Positions 18,783-28,620 of a stretch of DNA of 64,000 bases are shown here, piece after piece. The notes beneath the pieces are model-generated. The model saw nothing but the letters and a program-made list of their open reading frames with translations. It was not told the origin of the DNA and did not search any database. Where the stretch lies: NCBI GenBank assembly GCA_021603905.1, contig BQIU01000005.1:19261-83260 (forward strand), written 5' to 3'. The DNA is from Nitrospirales bacterium (lineage in GTDB: Bacteria > Nitrospirota > Nitrospiria > Nitrospirales > UBA8639). Positions within the stretch are counted from its first letter, which is position 1. Each line of letters opens with the position of its first letter. The position numbers and the translations under genes were made by a program.

Positions 18783-20542
18783 TCATTTTGGGATTAAATG
18801 CCTATCACGGCGATGCGGCAGCTTGTGTGGTTATTGATGGAAAACTTGTGGCTGCGGTTGAGGAAGAACGATTTCGAAGGATAAAACATTGGGCTGGGAT
18901 GCCCACCTGTGCGATTCGATACTGTTTGGACGCCGCCCAAGTTAGTATTCATGAGATAGACCATCTTGCAATCAACCGCAATCCTAATGCCAATCTGTTT
19001 AAGAAGGCGCTCTTTGCTTTCTCAAAACGTCCAAGTTTTTCTGCGATCAAAGATCGTCTAAAAAATGCATCAAAAGTTCAAGATCTTCGGGTGGTGTTAG
19101 CTGAAGCATTTGAGACAGAAACAGAACGTTTAACGTTTTCTATACATCAGATTGAACATCATCGTGCTCATCTTGCTTCTACTTTTTATGTATCTCCCTT
19201 CGATACCGCAGCTGTTGCTTCAGTGGATGGATTTGGCGATTTTTCGAGCACCATGGTTGGGATTGGGGAAGGGGAGAAGATAAAGGTATATGAGCAGGTC
19301 ATGTTTCCGCATTCGTTAGGGTTGTTTTACTTGGCTATGACCCAGTTTTTAGGATTTCCGAATTACGGAGATGAATATAAGGTCATGGGACTAGCTGCAA
19401 GTGGTCATCCTGAGTATCTACCGGCGCTTCAAGAGGTCCTTCAACTGGAAAGCCATGGTAGCTTTTCGTTGAACCTTGATTATTTCTTGCACCATTCCGA
19501 GGGAGTATCAATGTCTTGGGAGAGTGGTGCTCCGGTCATTGGTAAAGTGTTTTCAGATCAATGGGAAAGGCTCCTAGGCCCTGCCCGTCAACATGGAGGG
19601 GAAACTCTTGGTGATCGCCATGCGAATTTGGCTGCATCACTTCAGGCAATGTACGAAAAGGCTTTTTTTCATATTCTTGACGATTTGCATAAACGAACAG
19701 GTCAAAGTCAATTATGTTTAGCCGGAGGCTGTGCGCTAAATAGCGTTGCGAATGGTCAAATTTCTTCTCGATCTAAGTTTGCACATGTGTATATTCCTCC
19801 TTCTGCCGGAGATTCTGGTGGTGCTATAGGAGCCGCGTTTTCAGTGTGGCATGAGGTTTGTGGCCAGCCACGTTCGTTTGTTTTAAACCGTCCTGATTGG
19901 GGTCCAGAATTTGATCATGCTGAAATTCAGCAACAGGTTCAAAAATACGAACGTGCCTTACTTGATGCCAATTGTGTGGTGATACCTATCCAAGGTGAAC
20001 GAGAGCGGTGCCTATGGACTGCGAAACGGATTTCAGAGGGCAAGGTTGTTGGTTGGTTTCAAGGGCGAATGGAATGGGGCGCCAGGGCCTTAGGGCATCG
20101 AAGTATTTTAGCTGATCCAAGACGTGGGGATATGAAGGATATTTTGAATGCACGGATTAAACGAAGAGAAGAGTTTCGACCATTTGCCCCTTCAATATTA
20201 TATGAAGCAGTCGATCAGTTCTTTGAGCAGTCGTCTCCTTCTCCGTTTATGACCATGACTTTTCGTGTGAAGCCGGATAAGCGTGTGATTATCCCTGCTC
20301 CAACACATGTGGACGGAACGGGTCGTCTTCAGACTGTGACTCAAGATCAAAATCCGTTGTACTGGCAATTGCTTAAGACGTTTGAAGGGCTCACAGGTGT
20401 TCCCGTACTATTAAATACGTCTTTCAATGAAAATGAGCCAATTGTTTGTACTCCAGAACAGGCATTAGATTGCTTTTTGAGAACGAAGATGGACGTCTTA
20501 GTTGTCGGGGCATTTGCCATTGAGGTTCAACCTCTCCAGTGA
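18779..20542 (+). CDS. NodU/CmcH-family carbamoyltransferase
   Basis: [40 protein letters not shown] is the canonical family N-terminus; about 587 aa. The ATG at 18779 overlaps the upstream stop (ATGA); a TTG at 18773 is an alternative start. Confidence 0.85.
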   Translation: [587 protein letters not shown]

Positions 20543-21750
20543 GTAATAGTCCGCATATCGTCTTTTTGAACCGCTGTTATCCTCCAGAAGTTGGCGCTAC
20601 AGGCAAGATTCTTAAGAGGCTGGCTGAGGAACTCAGTGCCCGTTTTCGTGTGACACTTCTTGTTGGGCGTCCTGCCTTGCCAAGTAAAGATCGATCGTTT
20701 TGGGGGTGGAGCGTCTCTTCACAGGAGGGGGCTGTAACCGTAGAACGTATAGGAACAACAGCATTTGAACATACGTGTCTGATTGGTCGAATCATAAACT
20801 ATCTGACTTACCTTCTTTTGGCTATGGTTAGAGTTTTCACGATTCGACCAACACCTGCAATAATCATTGCTATGACAGATCCACCGCTTACCTGTGTCAT
20901 CGGTGCTTTGGCCGTAATGATCAAAAGCTGCAAATTTGTGTATAGCGTTCAAGATCTTCACCCAGATATGGCCTTGGCTTCAGGAATGGTGAAGCCAGGA
21001 TTGGTCGTATCGGCGTGGCATTGGGTCCATATTTGGGCTATGAGAAAAGCCCATGTTGTCATTGTATTAGGTGAAGATATGCGGGATCGAGTGGTAGCAA
21101 AGGGGATTAATCCTGAGCGTGTTGTTGTGATTCGGCATGGTGCTGACCCAAGGGAGTCTCCTCTATCAAACGGACACCCGCTTGTAAGGGAAATACGTAA
21201 TGGCTTCTCATTCGTTGTGGTGTACTCTGGGAATTTTGGATTTGCTGGTGCATGGGAAGTTCTTATCGAATCGGCTCGTCAACTGACAGGACAAGATGTC
21301 AGGTTTGTATTTGTTGGAGAAGGAAGTTTTCAGTCGAAGCTCAAGAGTTTAGCGGTTGGACTTTCGAATGTCCTATTTTTGCCGTATTGCTCGCATGAAG
21401 ATTTTCCTTATCTGTTAGCAGCTGGGGATCTGCACATTGTGACAATAAGAACTGGACTAGAGGGACTGGTTGTCCCGAGTAAGTTGTATCCTCTTTTAGT
21501 TGCCGGATGTCCCGTTCTGGCGATAGCGCCACAAGGAAGTGATGTCGCGAGGATGATTCGACAGCACCAATTTGGTTTATTTGCTGACTCAACAAGCACT
21601 GACGCGGTTGTTGAATCCATCTTATATCTGAAAGATCACCCTTGCGAACTGAAGAAGATGGGCCAGCGTGCTGCTAAACTTGGTACTGTGTATAGTCACT
21701 CAAGGATGGCGGGAAAATTTTGTAATATTCTGGAAGGTTTCTGTAGCTGA
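20539..21750 (+). CDS. GT4-family glycosyltransferase (WcaI-like)
   Basis: GTG start overlapping the upstream stop (GTGA). N-terminal IVFLNRCYPPEVGATGKILKRLAEEL and C-terminal GT-B Rossmann features. 403 aa. Confidence 0.75.
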   Translation: MSNSPHIVFLNRCYPPEVGATGKILKRLAEELSARFRVTLLVGRPALPSKDRSFWGWSVSSQEGAVTVERIGTTAFEHTCLIGRIINYLTYLLLAMVRVFTIRPTPAIIIAMTDPPLTCVIGALAVMIKSCKFVYSVQDLHPDMALASGMVKPGLVVSAWHWVHIWAMRKAHVVIVLGEDMRDRVVAKGINPERVVVIRHGADPRESPLSNGHPLVREIRNGFSFVVVYSGNFGFAGAWEVLIESARQLTGQDVRFVFVGEGSFQSKLKSLAVGLSNVLFLPYCSHEDFPYLLAAGDLHIVTIRTGLEGLVVPSKLYPLLVAGCPVLAIAPQGSDVARMIRQHQFGLFADSTSTDAVVESILYLKDHPCELKKMGQRAAKLGTVYSHSRMAGKFCNILEGFCS

Positions 21751-21857
21751 GCGATTTGAGAAAAAATATTGTTGGATGTTGTTCAGATTTTTGAAAAACA
21801 TGTACAGATAAGAGAATCGAGAACCACATCAATTTTTCTGTCATGCAATAACTGTTC

Positions 21858-21887
21858 TTGCAAAAATAAGCCGATATATATTATAAA
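21858..21887 (+). promoter_or_regulatory. Candidate sigma70-type promoter upstream of the initiating transferase gene
   Basis: TTGCAA (21858-21863), a 17-nt spacer, then TTATAA (21881-21886) within a very AT-rich 300-nt intergenic region. Many alternative -10 hexamers are possible. Confidence 0.25.
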
Positions 21888-22050
21888 TAGATTATACTAT
21901 ACCTTATAAATACTTCATATTTACTTCTGCAGTCGTAACGGCTTTAGATCCAGTTAGGTTCACCATCGTTTCCCTTTCTTTTCCTGCTCGGTATTTAAAT
22001 TGGCTTTCTGAAAAACCGGTGGTTTACTCCAGCTGTCCTAAGGAGGGGTA

Positions 22051-24021
22051 ATGGAGCTTTTAGGCCTTCTTTTTTTTACGGTTGCAGCAGTCACATCTCT
22101 GCTACTGACGCCTGTCATTGCAATCATTGCAAAGAGATTTGGTGTTGTTGATCATCCAAGTGGAAGGAAAGTTCATTCGAGCCCTGTTCCTCGTCTTGGT
22201 GGGGTTAGTATTGTCTGTTCCGTAATCATTACTTTATGCGTTGTATTCGTACTGGCTTCTCAGGGGCATTTGACGATCCCCTTAGCATCAGTGTGGATGC
22301 CTTTTGTCGTGGGGAGCGTGATCGTTTTCGTCGTAGGACTATGGGACGATATCAAGCCCCTACCAGTTTGGGTTAAGTTTGGGTTTCAAAGCACTGCTGC
22401 GTTAGTGGCTATTGCATGGGGAATACGATTTGACCGAATCTCGTTCTTAGGTGAAACTGGATTAGATATCGGGTATTTGGCTTTTCCGTTAACATTTCTG
22501 TGGATTATCGGAATTACAAATGCATTTAATTTAGTCGATGGGCTTGATGGACTTTCTGCTGGTTTGGCAAGTATCGCTGCTGGGACAAGTGCCGCAGTTT
22601 TTATTTTGCGAGGAGATCAGAGTGAAGCCATACTTCTCATAATCATTGTAGGTGCTTTGTGTGGATTCCTTCGATATAATTTTTACCCGGCCAAAATATT
22701 TTTAGGCGATTCAGGAAGTTTAGTCATTGGTTATGTTCTTGCTCTAACCGCAATTACTGGCTCCCAAAAGGGTGTGACTGCATTAGCCATACTGTTTCCG
22801 CTCTTAGTATTTGGATTGCCGATTGCTGATACGCTTATTTCCATGATTAGGCGTTACCTGGGAACCCTTCACGTCCTTAATCCATATAAAAGCACGATCA
22901 AACAGAAAATTTCTTCACTCCAGTGGATGTTTGAACCTGATCGAGACCACATTCATCATCGATTGTTGGCTGTTGGGTTTTCACATCGTGGAGCCGTCCT
23001 AACTCTCTATGGACTTGCATTATTGCTATCATCTTTAGGGTTTTTGACGGTGTTGGCAAATGGACGCAATGCTGGCCTTGTTCTTGCATTAGTTGCACTG
23101 GCGACTTATATCGGAATTTCAAAGCTAGGATATACTGAGTTACGTTTTGTTCAGGCAGAACAATTCATGCGGCTTTATGACAGGATGGGGCTACATAAGT
23201 CCTTCTTTTTAGGTTTTTTTGACATCTTCATTGTAAGTTTTTCTTTTTGGGTTGCGTTCGTTTTGAAGTATGAACCGCAGTTAAATCCAGAGTTTTTTCT
23301 CTGGTTCAAGTCTCTTTTCCCAATAGTCTTGGGTCTTCAGTTTGGGGTGTTCTACGTCTTTGGCTTGTATCGTGGTGTGTGGCGAGCACTCAGTACCGGT
23401 GATCTCTTACGGATAATTTTAGCCGCTGGTGCGGCCGTAGTCTTGTCTTCAATTGTTGCGTTAGTGATTCTTCCACCTGCAGGAATAATTGGTTTTTTCT
23501 TTAATGATTTTTTGATACTCAGCGCGTTGATTGTTTGTTCGCGCAGTACATATAGAATCTTAGACTACTTTCGCTTCGAACAGGATGAGTCAAGGCGTCC
23601 TGCACTAATTTATGGTGCAGGTAAAGGTGGCCAGCTTATTCAGCGTGAGTTAAATCAAAATTTTGATTTAGGGTTTCGGGCTATTGGGTTCATTGATGAT
23701 GCAGCTTCATATCTGGGCTGTACCGTAAACCGTCTTCCAGTCCTTGGAACAGTCGATGAATTAGAAGTCATCCTCTCCAGACATTCTCAATGTGTTCTGA
23801 TTCTTGGTTCCACACATATTTCGTTGGAGCGAATTCGGTATGTTCGGGATGTTTGTGGTAAGCGAGGAATCCCTGTGTATGTTGGTCAGATGAAATTAAC
23901 CCCATTAGAAATTAAATGCAGCAACGTTAGTGTTGGAAGCCAAAGTGCTAAACGAACGCCAGTTGAAGAACGTGGCGATGTTCGTGGTTTTGAAAAAGAA
24001 CCCTCCATGCCGTTTTTGTAA
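22051..24021 (+). CDS. Polyprenyl-phosphate N-acetylhexosamine-1-phosphate transferase (WecA/MraY superfamily) fused to a C-terminal 4-TM plus Rossmann-like module
   Basis: Strong RBS AAGGAGG. PNPT motifs GLWDD, NAFNLVDGLDGL and FLGDSGS in residues 1-~350. Residues ~380-500 form four more TM helices, followed by ALIYGAGKGGQLIQREL...FRAIGFIDD...VNRLPVLGT. This is the module normally found at the N-terminus of WbaP-type or PglF/CapD-type proteins. Confidence 0.8.
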   Translation: MELLGLLFFTVAAVTSLLLTPVIAIIAKRFGVVDHPSGRKVHSSPVPRLGGVSIVCSVIITLCVVFVLASQGHLTIPLASVWMPFVVGSVIVFVVGLWDDIKPLPVWVKFGFQSTAALVAIAWGIRFDRISFLGETGLDIGYLAFPLTFLWIIGITNAFNLVDGLDGLSAGLASIAAGTSAAVFILRGDQSEAILLIIIVGALCGFLRYNFYPAKIFLGDSGSLVIGYVLALTAITGSQKGVTALAILFPLLVFGLPIADTLISMIRRYLGTLHVLNPYKSTIKQKISSLQWMFEPDRDHIHHRLLAVGFSHRGAVLTLYGLALLLSSLGFLTVLANGRNAGLVLALVALATYIGISKLGYTELRFVQAEQFMRLYDRMGLHKSFFLGFFDIFIVSFSFWVAFVLKYEPQLNPEFFLWFKSLFPIVLGLQFGVFYVFGLYRGVWRALSTGDLLRIILAAGAAVVLSSIVALVILPPAGIIGFFFNDFLILSALIVCSRSTYRILDYFRFEQDESRRPALIYGAGKGGQLIQRELNQNFDLGFRAIGFIDDAASYLGCTVNRLPVLGTVDELEVILSRHSQCVLILGSTHISLERIRYVRDVCGKRGIPVYVGQMKLTPLEIKCSNVSVGSQSAKRTPVEERGDVRGFEKEPSMPFL

Positions 24022-24150
24022 TTTCTCCCAATTTATTGTTCAAACCTTTCTTGTTAAAACTTTCTCTCTTCTGGATAATGCTGACATTTTTTTGCCTTCA
24101 GTGTCTATAGTTTCTCCATCAGATGTTACTTCTTTTTGTATCTAAAAAAT

Positions 24151-25281
24151 TCATGTATCCCTATAGAGGGTTTCACGGTTAAATCGACCTGAGAGCCAAC
24201 GACTCCTAAAAATCAGCCATGGTTTCTCGATGGAATATACGACTAGGGTCGCTCCGGCGACGGCACTGCTGATTAAAATGAAGAAAAGAAAGTGGAACTC
24301 GAGGCGCCACTGTGCATGATTGATTACAAAGGCGATAAACATCGCTATTGGGCCATGAACAAGGAAAAGAGGATAGCTGAGATATCCAAGAAAACGTGGT
24401 AGATTTCCTAACCTAGAATAGCAAGACGTTTTCTCATTCGCTTGGATAATCATCATAGAAAAAATAATCGCTAAGATCAGAAACCAAAATTTCTGAGTTA
24501 CCCAGCCAAACGCGTAACCGCTTAAGATGAGGATAAGGAATAGAGGCCATACAGAACAAATGTTCCGAACCATCGTCTGATTGACTAATGAATGGTAGTG
24601 TTGATAGACCAGTACTCCGATAAGCCAAGGGAGACCATAGTAAAATATAAGAGACAGCGGATACGCTGTATTTGTCAGTAGAAGGTATCCAACGTAAAAA
24701 ATAACGGCAGAGAGTAGTGTTGCCTGGGGCATAGATATGCTGCCACGAGCGAGTTGGATTTGTCGTCTGAATATTCCCCAATAAATGTAGTAAAAGACTT
24801 CATGGGTTATTGTGTACGATGAGGCGAATGATCCGAAGGCGGCAGTCAATAATCCAGCACCTTGAAGAAAGAATACTTGCGTAATAACACCTTCGAACGA
24901 TATATATTTTGTCCAATATGCTGGTCTGTACTCTGATTGAAACATAATGAGTTCAAATATGATTGTTATAAATATGACGGTGTAATAAAGAGGGGCTAGT
25001 CGTGTGAATCTAGCCGTAGCATAGTTTCTTAGGAAATGCTGCGTTGATGTATTCTGGCAAGACCGTTCAATGCAGAAGCCACTTATCACAAAAAACCCTA
25101 TCACCCACTGAAACCCGAAACAGGCGCGAATAGATTCCTCCAGTGATAAAATGACAGGTTGACTGGAGGTTTTTGCGATATCGTAAGTATGCCCTATTGC
25201 TATGAATAGGGCGAAGATTCCACGCATGAAGTCAATGGCTGAAATAACCTTGTCTGGGATGTCTGTATGGTTGCCCATCAA
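24151..25281 (-). CDS. Acyltransferase family 3 (OafA/YrhL-like) membrane O-acyltransferase
   Basis: 376 aa, polytopic. N-terminal IDFMRGIFALFIAIGHT matches the acyltransferase-3 signature (R-G...H). Confidence 0.75.
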   Translation of the reverse strand: MMGNHTDIPDKVISAIDFMRGIFALFIAIGHTYDIAKTSSQPVILSLEESIRACFGFQWVIGFFVISGFCIERSCQNTSTQHFLRNYATARFTRLAPLYYTVIFITIIFELIMFQSEYRPAYWTKYISFEGVITQVFFLQGAGLLTAAFGSFASSYTITHEVFYYIYWGIFRRQIQLARGSISMPQATLLSAVIFYVGYLLLTNTAYPLSLIFYYGLPWLIGVLVYQHYHSLVNQTMVRNICSVWPLFLILILSGYAFGWVTQKFWFLILAIIFSMMIIQANEKTSCYSRLGNLPRFLGYLSYPLFLVHGPIAMFIAFVINHAQWRLEFHFLFFILISSAVAGATLVVYSIEKPWLIFRSRWLSGRFNRETLYRDT

Positions 25282-25472
25282 TGGTGTCTATGTTTGGCGA
25301 GTCGGAGGTGGCCTCCGTGACCGAGAGCATGAGCTAAGCAGCACAGTGTGAATATAGCTGTGGTAATGATTTGCTGTGATAATATCTCTACCTTATAACA
25401 CGTAACAGTTTTGTGGTCCTCCTGAAAGTGGCCATAGACTTTTTCTGAACCGGTTTTGAGGAATATTGATGT

Positions 25473-27464
25473 TTATTTCACGTGCGTGCCTGGTAGGATG
25501 TCTTCTTTGATCGTGATGATTCCCCCAACCTCTTTGTCCCCTGCCGCCAGCACCATTCCCTGAGATTCCACCCCCATCAAATTGGCGGGTTTTAGATTGG
25601 CCACGACCACAATCGTTTGTCCGACCAGGTGATCGGGTTCGTATTTTTTGCCAATTCCCGCTACAATTTGCCTTCGCTCGCTTCCGAGGTCTACTTGAAG
25701 TTTTAAAAGTTTATTGGATTTTGGCACTCGCTCGGCTTCAAGAACTTTCCCTACTTTAAGCTGGACTTTCATGAAGTCTTCAATGGAGATTTGTTCTTCT
25801 GTTGGAGTCTCTGGCGAATTTTTGCTTGTCTCTTCATTTGAACTTTTTGAGGACTTCTGTTTAGCGGGGTTCACTTCCTGGCTGATCACGTTCTTCTCAT
25901 TTTTCACCGTTGTTACGTCAATTCTTGGGAATAGGGCTTGGCCTTTTTGGACCGTTGTTCCAATGGCGAGGTCTCCCCAGGTAATTTTTTGAGAGAGGAG
26001 TGGACGGGAGAAGTCTAATGATAATCCTAATTGTTCATTCATATTCTGGGCCGTGCTTGGCATAAAGGCGGCGTTAGCGAGACACAAAATTCGTAAGGTC
26101 TCAGCGGCATTGTACAAGACCGTATGCAGACGTTCTTGTTTGGCAGGGTCTTTGGCTAACACCCAGGGGGCGGTCTTATCAATATATTGATTCCCTAATT
26201 GAACAAGTCCCCAAATACTTTCTAGAGCGCGATTAAATTCAATCCGTTCAGGACTCAAATGGTGGGGAAGCGTGGTTTGAAGAAGGGTTTGGGCTTCGGT
26301 TTGTAATTCTCGATCAAGTTCATCTTCGGTTGAACGAACCGGCGCAGGTATGGTGCTGTTGGCAAAACGTTGAATGAGTGTCACCGTTCGGCTGAGCAGA
26401 TTCCCTAAACCGTTGGCGAGGTCACTATTATTTCGACCAATCAGAGCCTCTTGCGAGTAATCGCCGTCTTGGCCAAACGGAACTTCGCGAAGGAGGAAAT
26501 ACCGAAAAGCATCGACACCAAATTCATCCACGACGGAATTGGGATTGACAACGTTTCCACGGCTTTTTGACATTTTTTCGCCACCCACGGTCCACCAGCC
26601 ATGTGCAAAGATGGTTTGAGGAAGCGGAAGCTCAAGGGCCATGAGCATCGTGGACCAATAGACGGCATGAGTCGTCAAGATATCTTTGCCCACCAGGTGA
26701 ACTGTCGCTGGCCAATATCGATCTCTGGAAGGAGATGGTGGTAGATAGTCCAAGGCAGAAACATAATTCGTCAAGGCGTCAAACCATACGTATGTGACAT
26801 AGTCAGCATCGAAGGGAAGTTCGATACCCCAAGTCAGGCGAGATTTTGGTCTGGAAATTGAGAGGTCTTCCAAGGGTTTTTCAAGAAACCCAAGGATTTC
26901 ATTGCGTCGAGAGACTGGTCGAATAAACTCAGGATGATCGTTGATATGGGCTTTGAGACGATCTTGATACTGACTCATTCTGAAGAAGTAATTGCTCTCG
27001 CTTAATTGTTCGACCGGACGTTTACAGTCCGGACACAGTCCGCCCTCAACATCTTTCTCAGTCCAAAATCGTTCGTCGAACGTACAGTACCACCCGGTGT
27101 ATTCGGCTCGGTAAATAAGATCCTTGTCATACAGCGTCTGAAGAAAACCTTGAACAACGGTTTGATGTTGTGGGTCTGTTGTTCGAATGAACCCGTCATG
27201 ACTCATCATGAGTTTTCCCCACAAGTTTTTGAATTGTGGGGTCAGCCGGTCACAGTGGGCTTGCGGAGAAATATTGGCTTTGGCCGCAGCCTGCTGGACT
27301 TTTTGTCCATGTTCATCAAGGCCGGTGAGGAAAAAGACGTCATCGCCATGTAAACGGCGAAATCTCGCGAGGACATCAGCCGCAATCGTGGTGTAGGCAT
27401 GTCCAATATGGGGAACATCATTTACGTAATAAATCGGAGTGGTGATATAAAATGGTTGTGTCAT
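25473..27464 (-). CDS. metG: Methionine--tRNA ligase with a C-terminal tRNA-binding (EMAP-like) domain
   Basis: HIGH motif PHIGHAYT, KMSKS motif KMSKSRGN, zinc knuckle CPDCKRP. C-terminal VGKVLEAERVPKSNKLLKLQVDLG tRNA-binding domain. Confidence 0.95.
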   Translation of the reverse strand: MTQPFYITTPIYYVNDVPHIGHAYTTIAADVLARFRRLHGDDVFFLTGLDEHGQKVQQAAAKANISPQAHCDRLTPQFKNLWGKLMMSHDGFIRTTDPQHQTVVQGFLQTLYDKDLIYRAEYTGWYCTFDERFWTEKDVEGGLCPDCKRPVEQLSESNYFFRMSQYQDRLKAHINDHPEFIRPVSRRNEILGFLEKPLEDLSISRPKSRLTWGIELPFDADYVTYVWFDALTNYVSALDYLPPSPSRDRYWPATVHLVGKDILTTHAVYWSTMLMALELPLPQTIFAHGWWTVGGEKMSKSRGNVVNPNSVVDEFGVDAFRYFLLREVPFGQDGDYSQEALIGRNNSDLANGLGNLLSRTVTLIQRFANSTIPAPVRSTEDELDRELQTEAQTLLQTTLPHHLSPERIEFNRALESIWGLVQLGNQYIDKTAPWVLAKDPAKQERLHTVLYNAAETLRILCLANAAFMPSTAQNMNEQLGLSLDFSRPLLSQKITWGDLAIGTTVQKGQALFPRIDVTTVKNEKNVISQEVNPAKQKSSKSSNEETSKNSPETPTEEQISIEDFMKVQLKVGKVLEAERVPKSNKLLKLQVDLGSERRQIVAGIGKKYEPDHLVGQTIVVVANLKPANLMGVESQGMVLAAGDKEVGGIITIKEDILPGTHVK

Positions 27465-27563
27465 AATAAGTGTATTGAGGCGGTATCGCGTACGATGCGT
27501 ACTGTGGATTACTGTTGTCCTGTTGAATGGTGAGTAAATAGAACGATGCTCATCTTTATTGCA

Positions 27564-28574
27564 TTATGAAGGGGGAATGGCTTCCCGAAGGTGTAGAAAA
27601 AACTGCTCAAATCGTAGTTGCGAATTGAGATTTCGCTGAAGTCCTTGCTCCAATTGATGAAGTGTGTCAAGCAGACCTAATATCTTCTGCGGTGAAGTTC
27701 GTTGGGCTAACTCTCGCAGTTTGGGAAGATGATCTTCATGGAAAAGAAACTCCGTTGGAGCTTGGGTTGCGACAAGCAGGATGTCACGTAGGCCAGTCCA
27801 AATCCACAAGAGGGCTTCTGGTATTTGCCCGGACTTGGATAAGGTCTCAGCGGCTTCAAAGCTTCCAGAGATCGAGGCTGAGTTTTCAAATAATAACGAA
27901 AAAAACTCGTGTTGCTTGGCCTTGGTGTCCTCCAGATCAAGGTTCAGGGCTTCTCCTAGCCGTGCATTCGTGAGGAAGCTGATGAATCGAGCATCGGCCT
28001 TTGAAAAGCCTCGTTCTTGCATAAGGTAATCGATGGCCTGTTCCTGAGAAGGAGGAGCAAATCTTACAGTCAGGCAACGGGATTTGAGTGTCGTCAAAAG
28101 GGCTGAGGGACGGCTGGTGACGAGAAGGAATAAGCAATGATCAGGCGGTTCTTCGAGTGTTTTGAGGAGTGCATTCGCGGCACCGATCGTAAGACGATCC
28201 GCGTTGTCAATCATGCAGATCTTCTTCATCCCAAGAAGTGGACGATAAATGACGTGATGTTCAATTTCTCGAACCCGTTCAATTTTGATTTGTGGGTGCT
28301 GGCCTTGTCCTTCTTCGGGCTGAATAAAGAGAATGTCAGGATGAATGTGTGCCATGATTTGTTGACAGGATCTGCATGTTCCGCATGCATCTGGTGTTGG
28401 GGAGTCCGCATGGGTGTCGCAATTCATGGCTTGAATAAATTGTATGGCCGTCATGCGTTTGCCGATGGCCTCCTCGCCTATCAATAAATAGGCATGGGCA
28501 AGGTGATTCGACTGGATGGCGTTGCGCAGCCATGTGATGGGAGTTTCGTGTCCGATGATGTCTTGGAAAGGCAT
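27564..28574 (-). CDS. holB: DNA polymerase III delta-prime subunit
   Basis: The start is moved to ATG 28574 (MPFQDIIGHE...) because the longer ORF overlaps tmk. AHAYLLIGEEAIGK, zinc module CGTCRSCQ, clamp-loader box LKTLEEPP. Confidence 0.85.
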   Translation of the reverse strand: MPFQDIIGHETPITWLRNAIQSNHLAHAYLLIGEEAIGKRMTAIQFIQAMNCDTHADSPTPDACGTCRSCQQIMAHIHPDILFIQPEEGQGQHPQIKIERVREIEHHVIYRPLLGMKKICMIDNADRLTIGAANALLKTLEEPPDHCLFLLVTSRPSALLTTLKSRCLTVRFAPPSQEQAIDYLMQERGFSKADARFISFLTNARLGEALNLDLEDTKAKQHEFFSLLFENSASISGSFEAAETLSKSGQIPEALLWIWTGLRDILLVATQAPTEFLFHEDHLPKLRELAQRTSPQKILGLLDTLHQLEQGLQRNLNSQLRFEQFFLHLREAIPPS

Positions 28575-28620
28575 AAATAGATGAGGTTTTTGGCAGCCGC
28601 GTGATAACTTGAGATATGTC

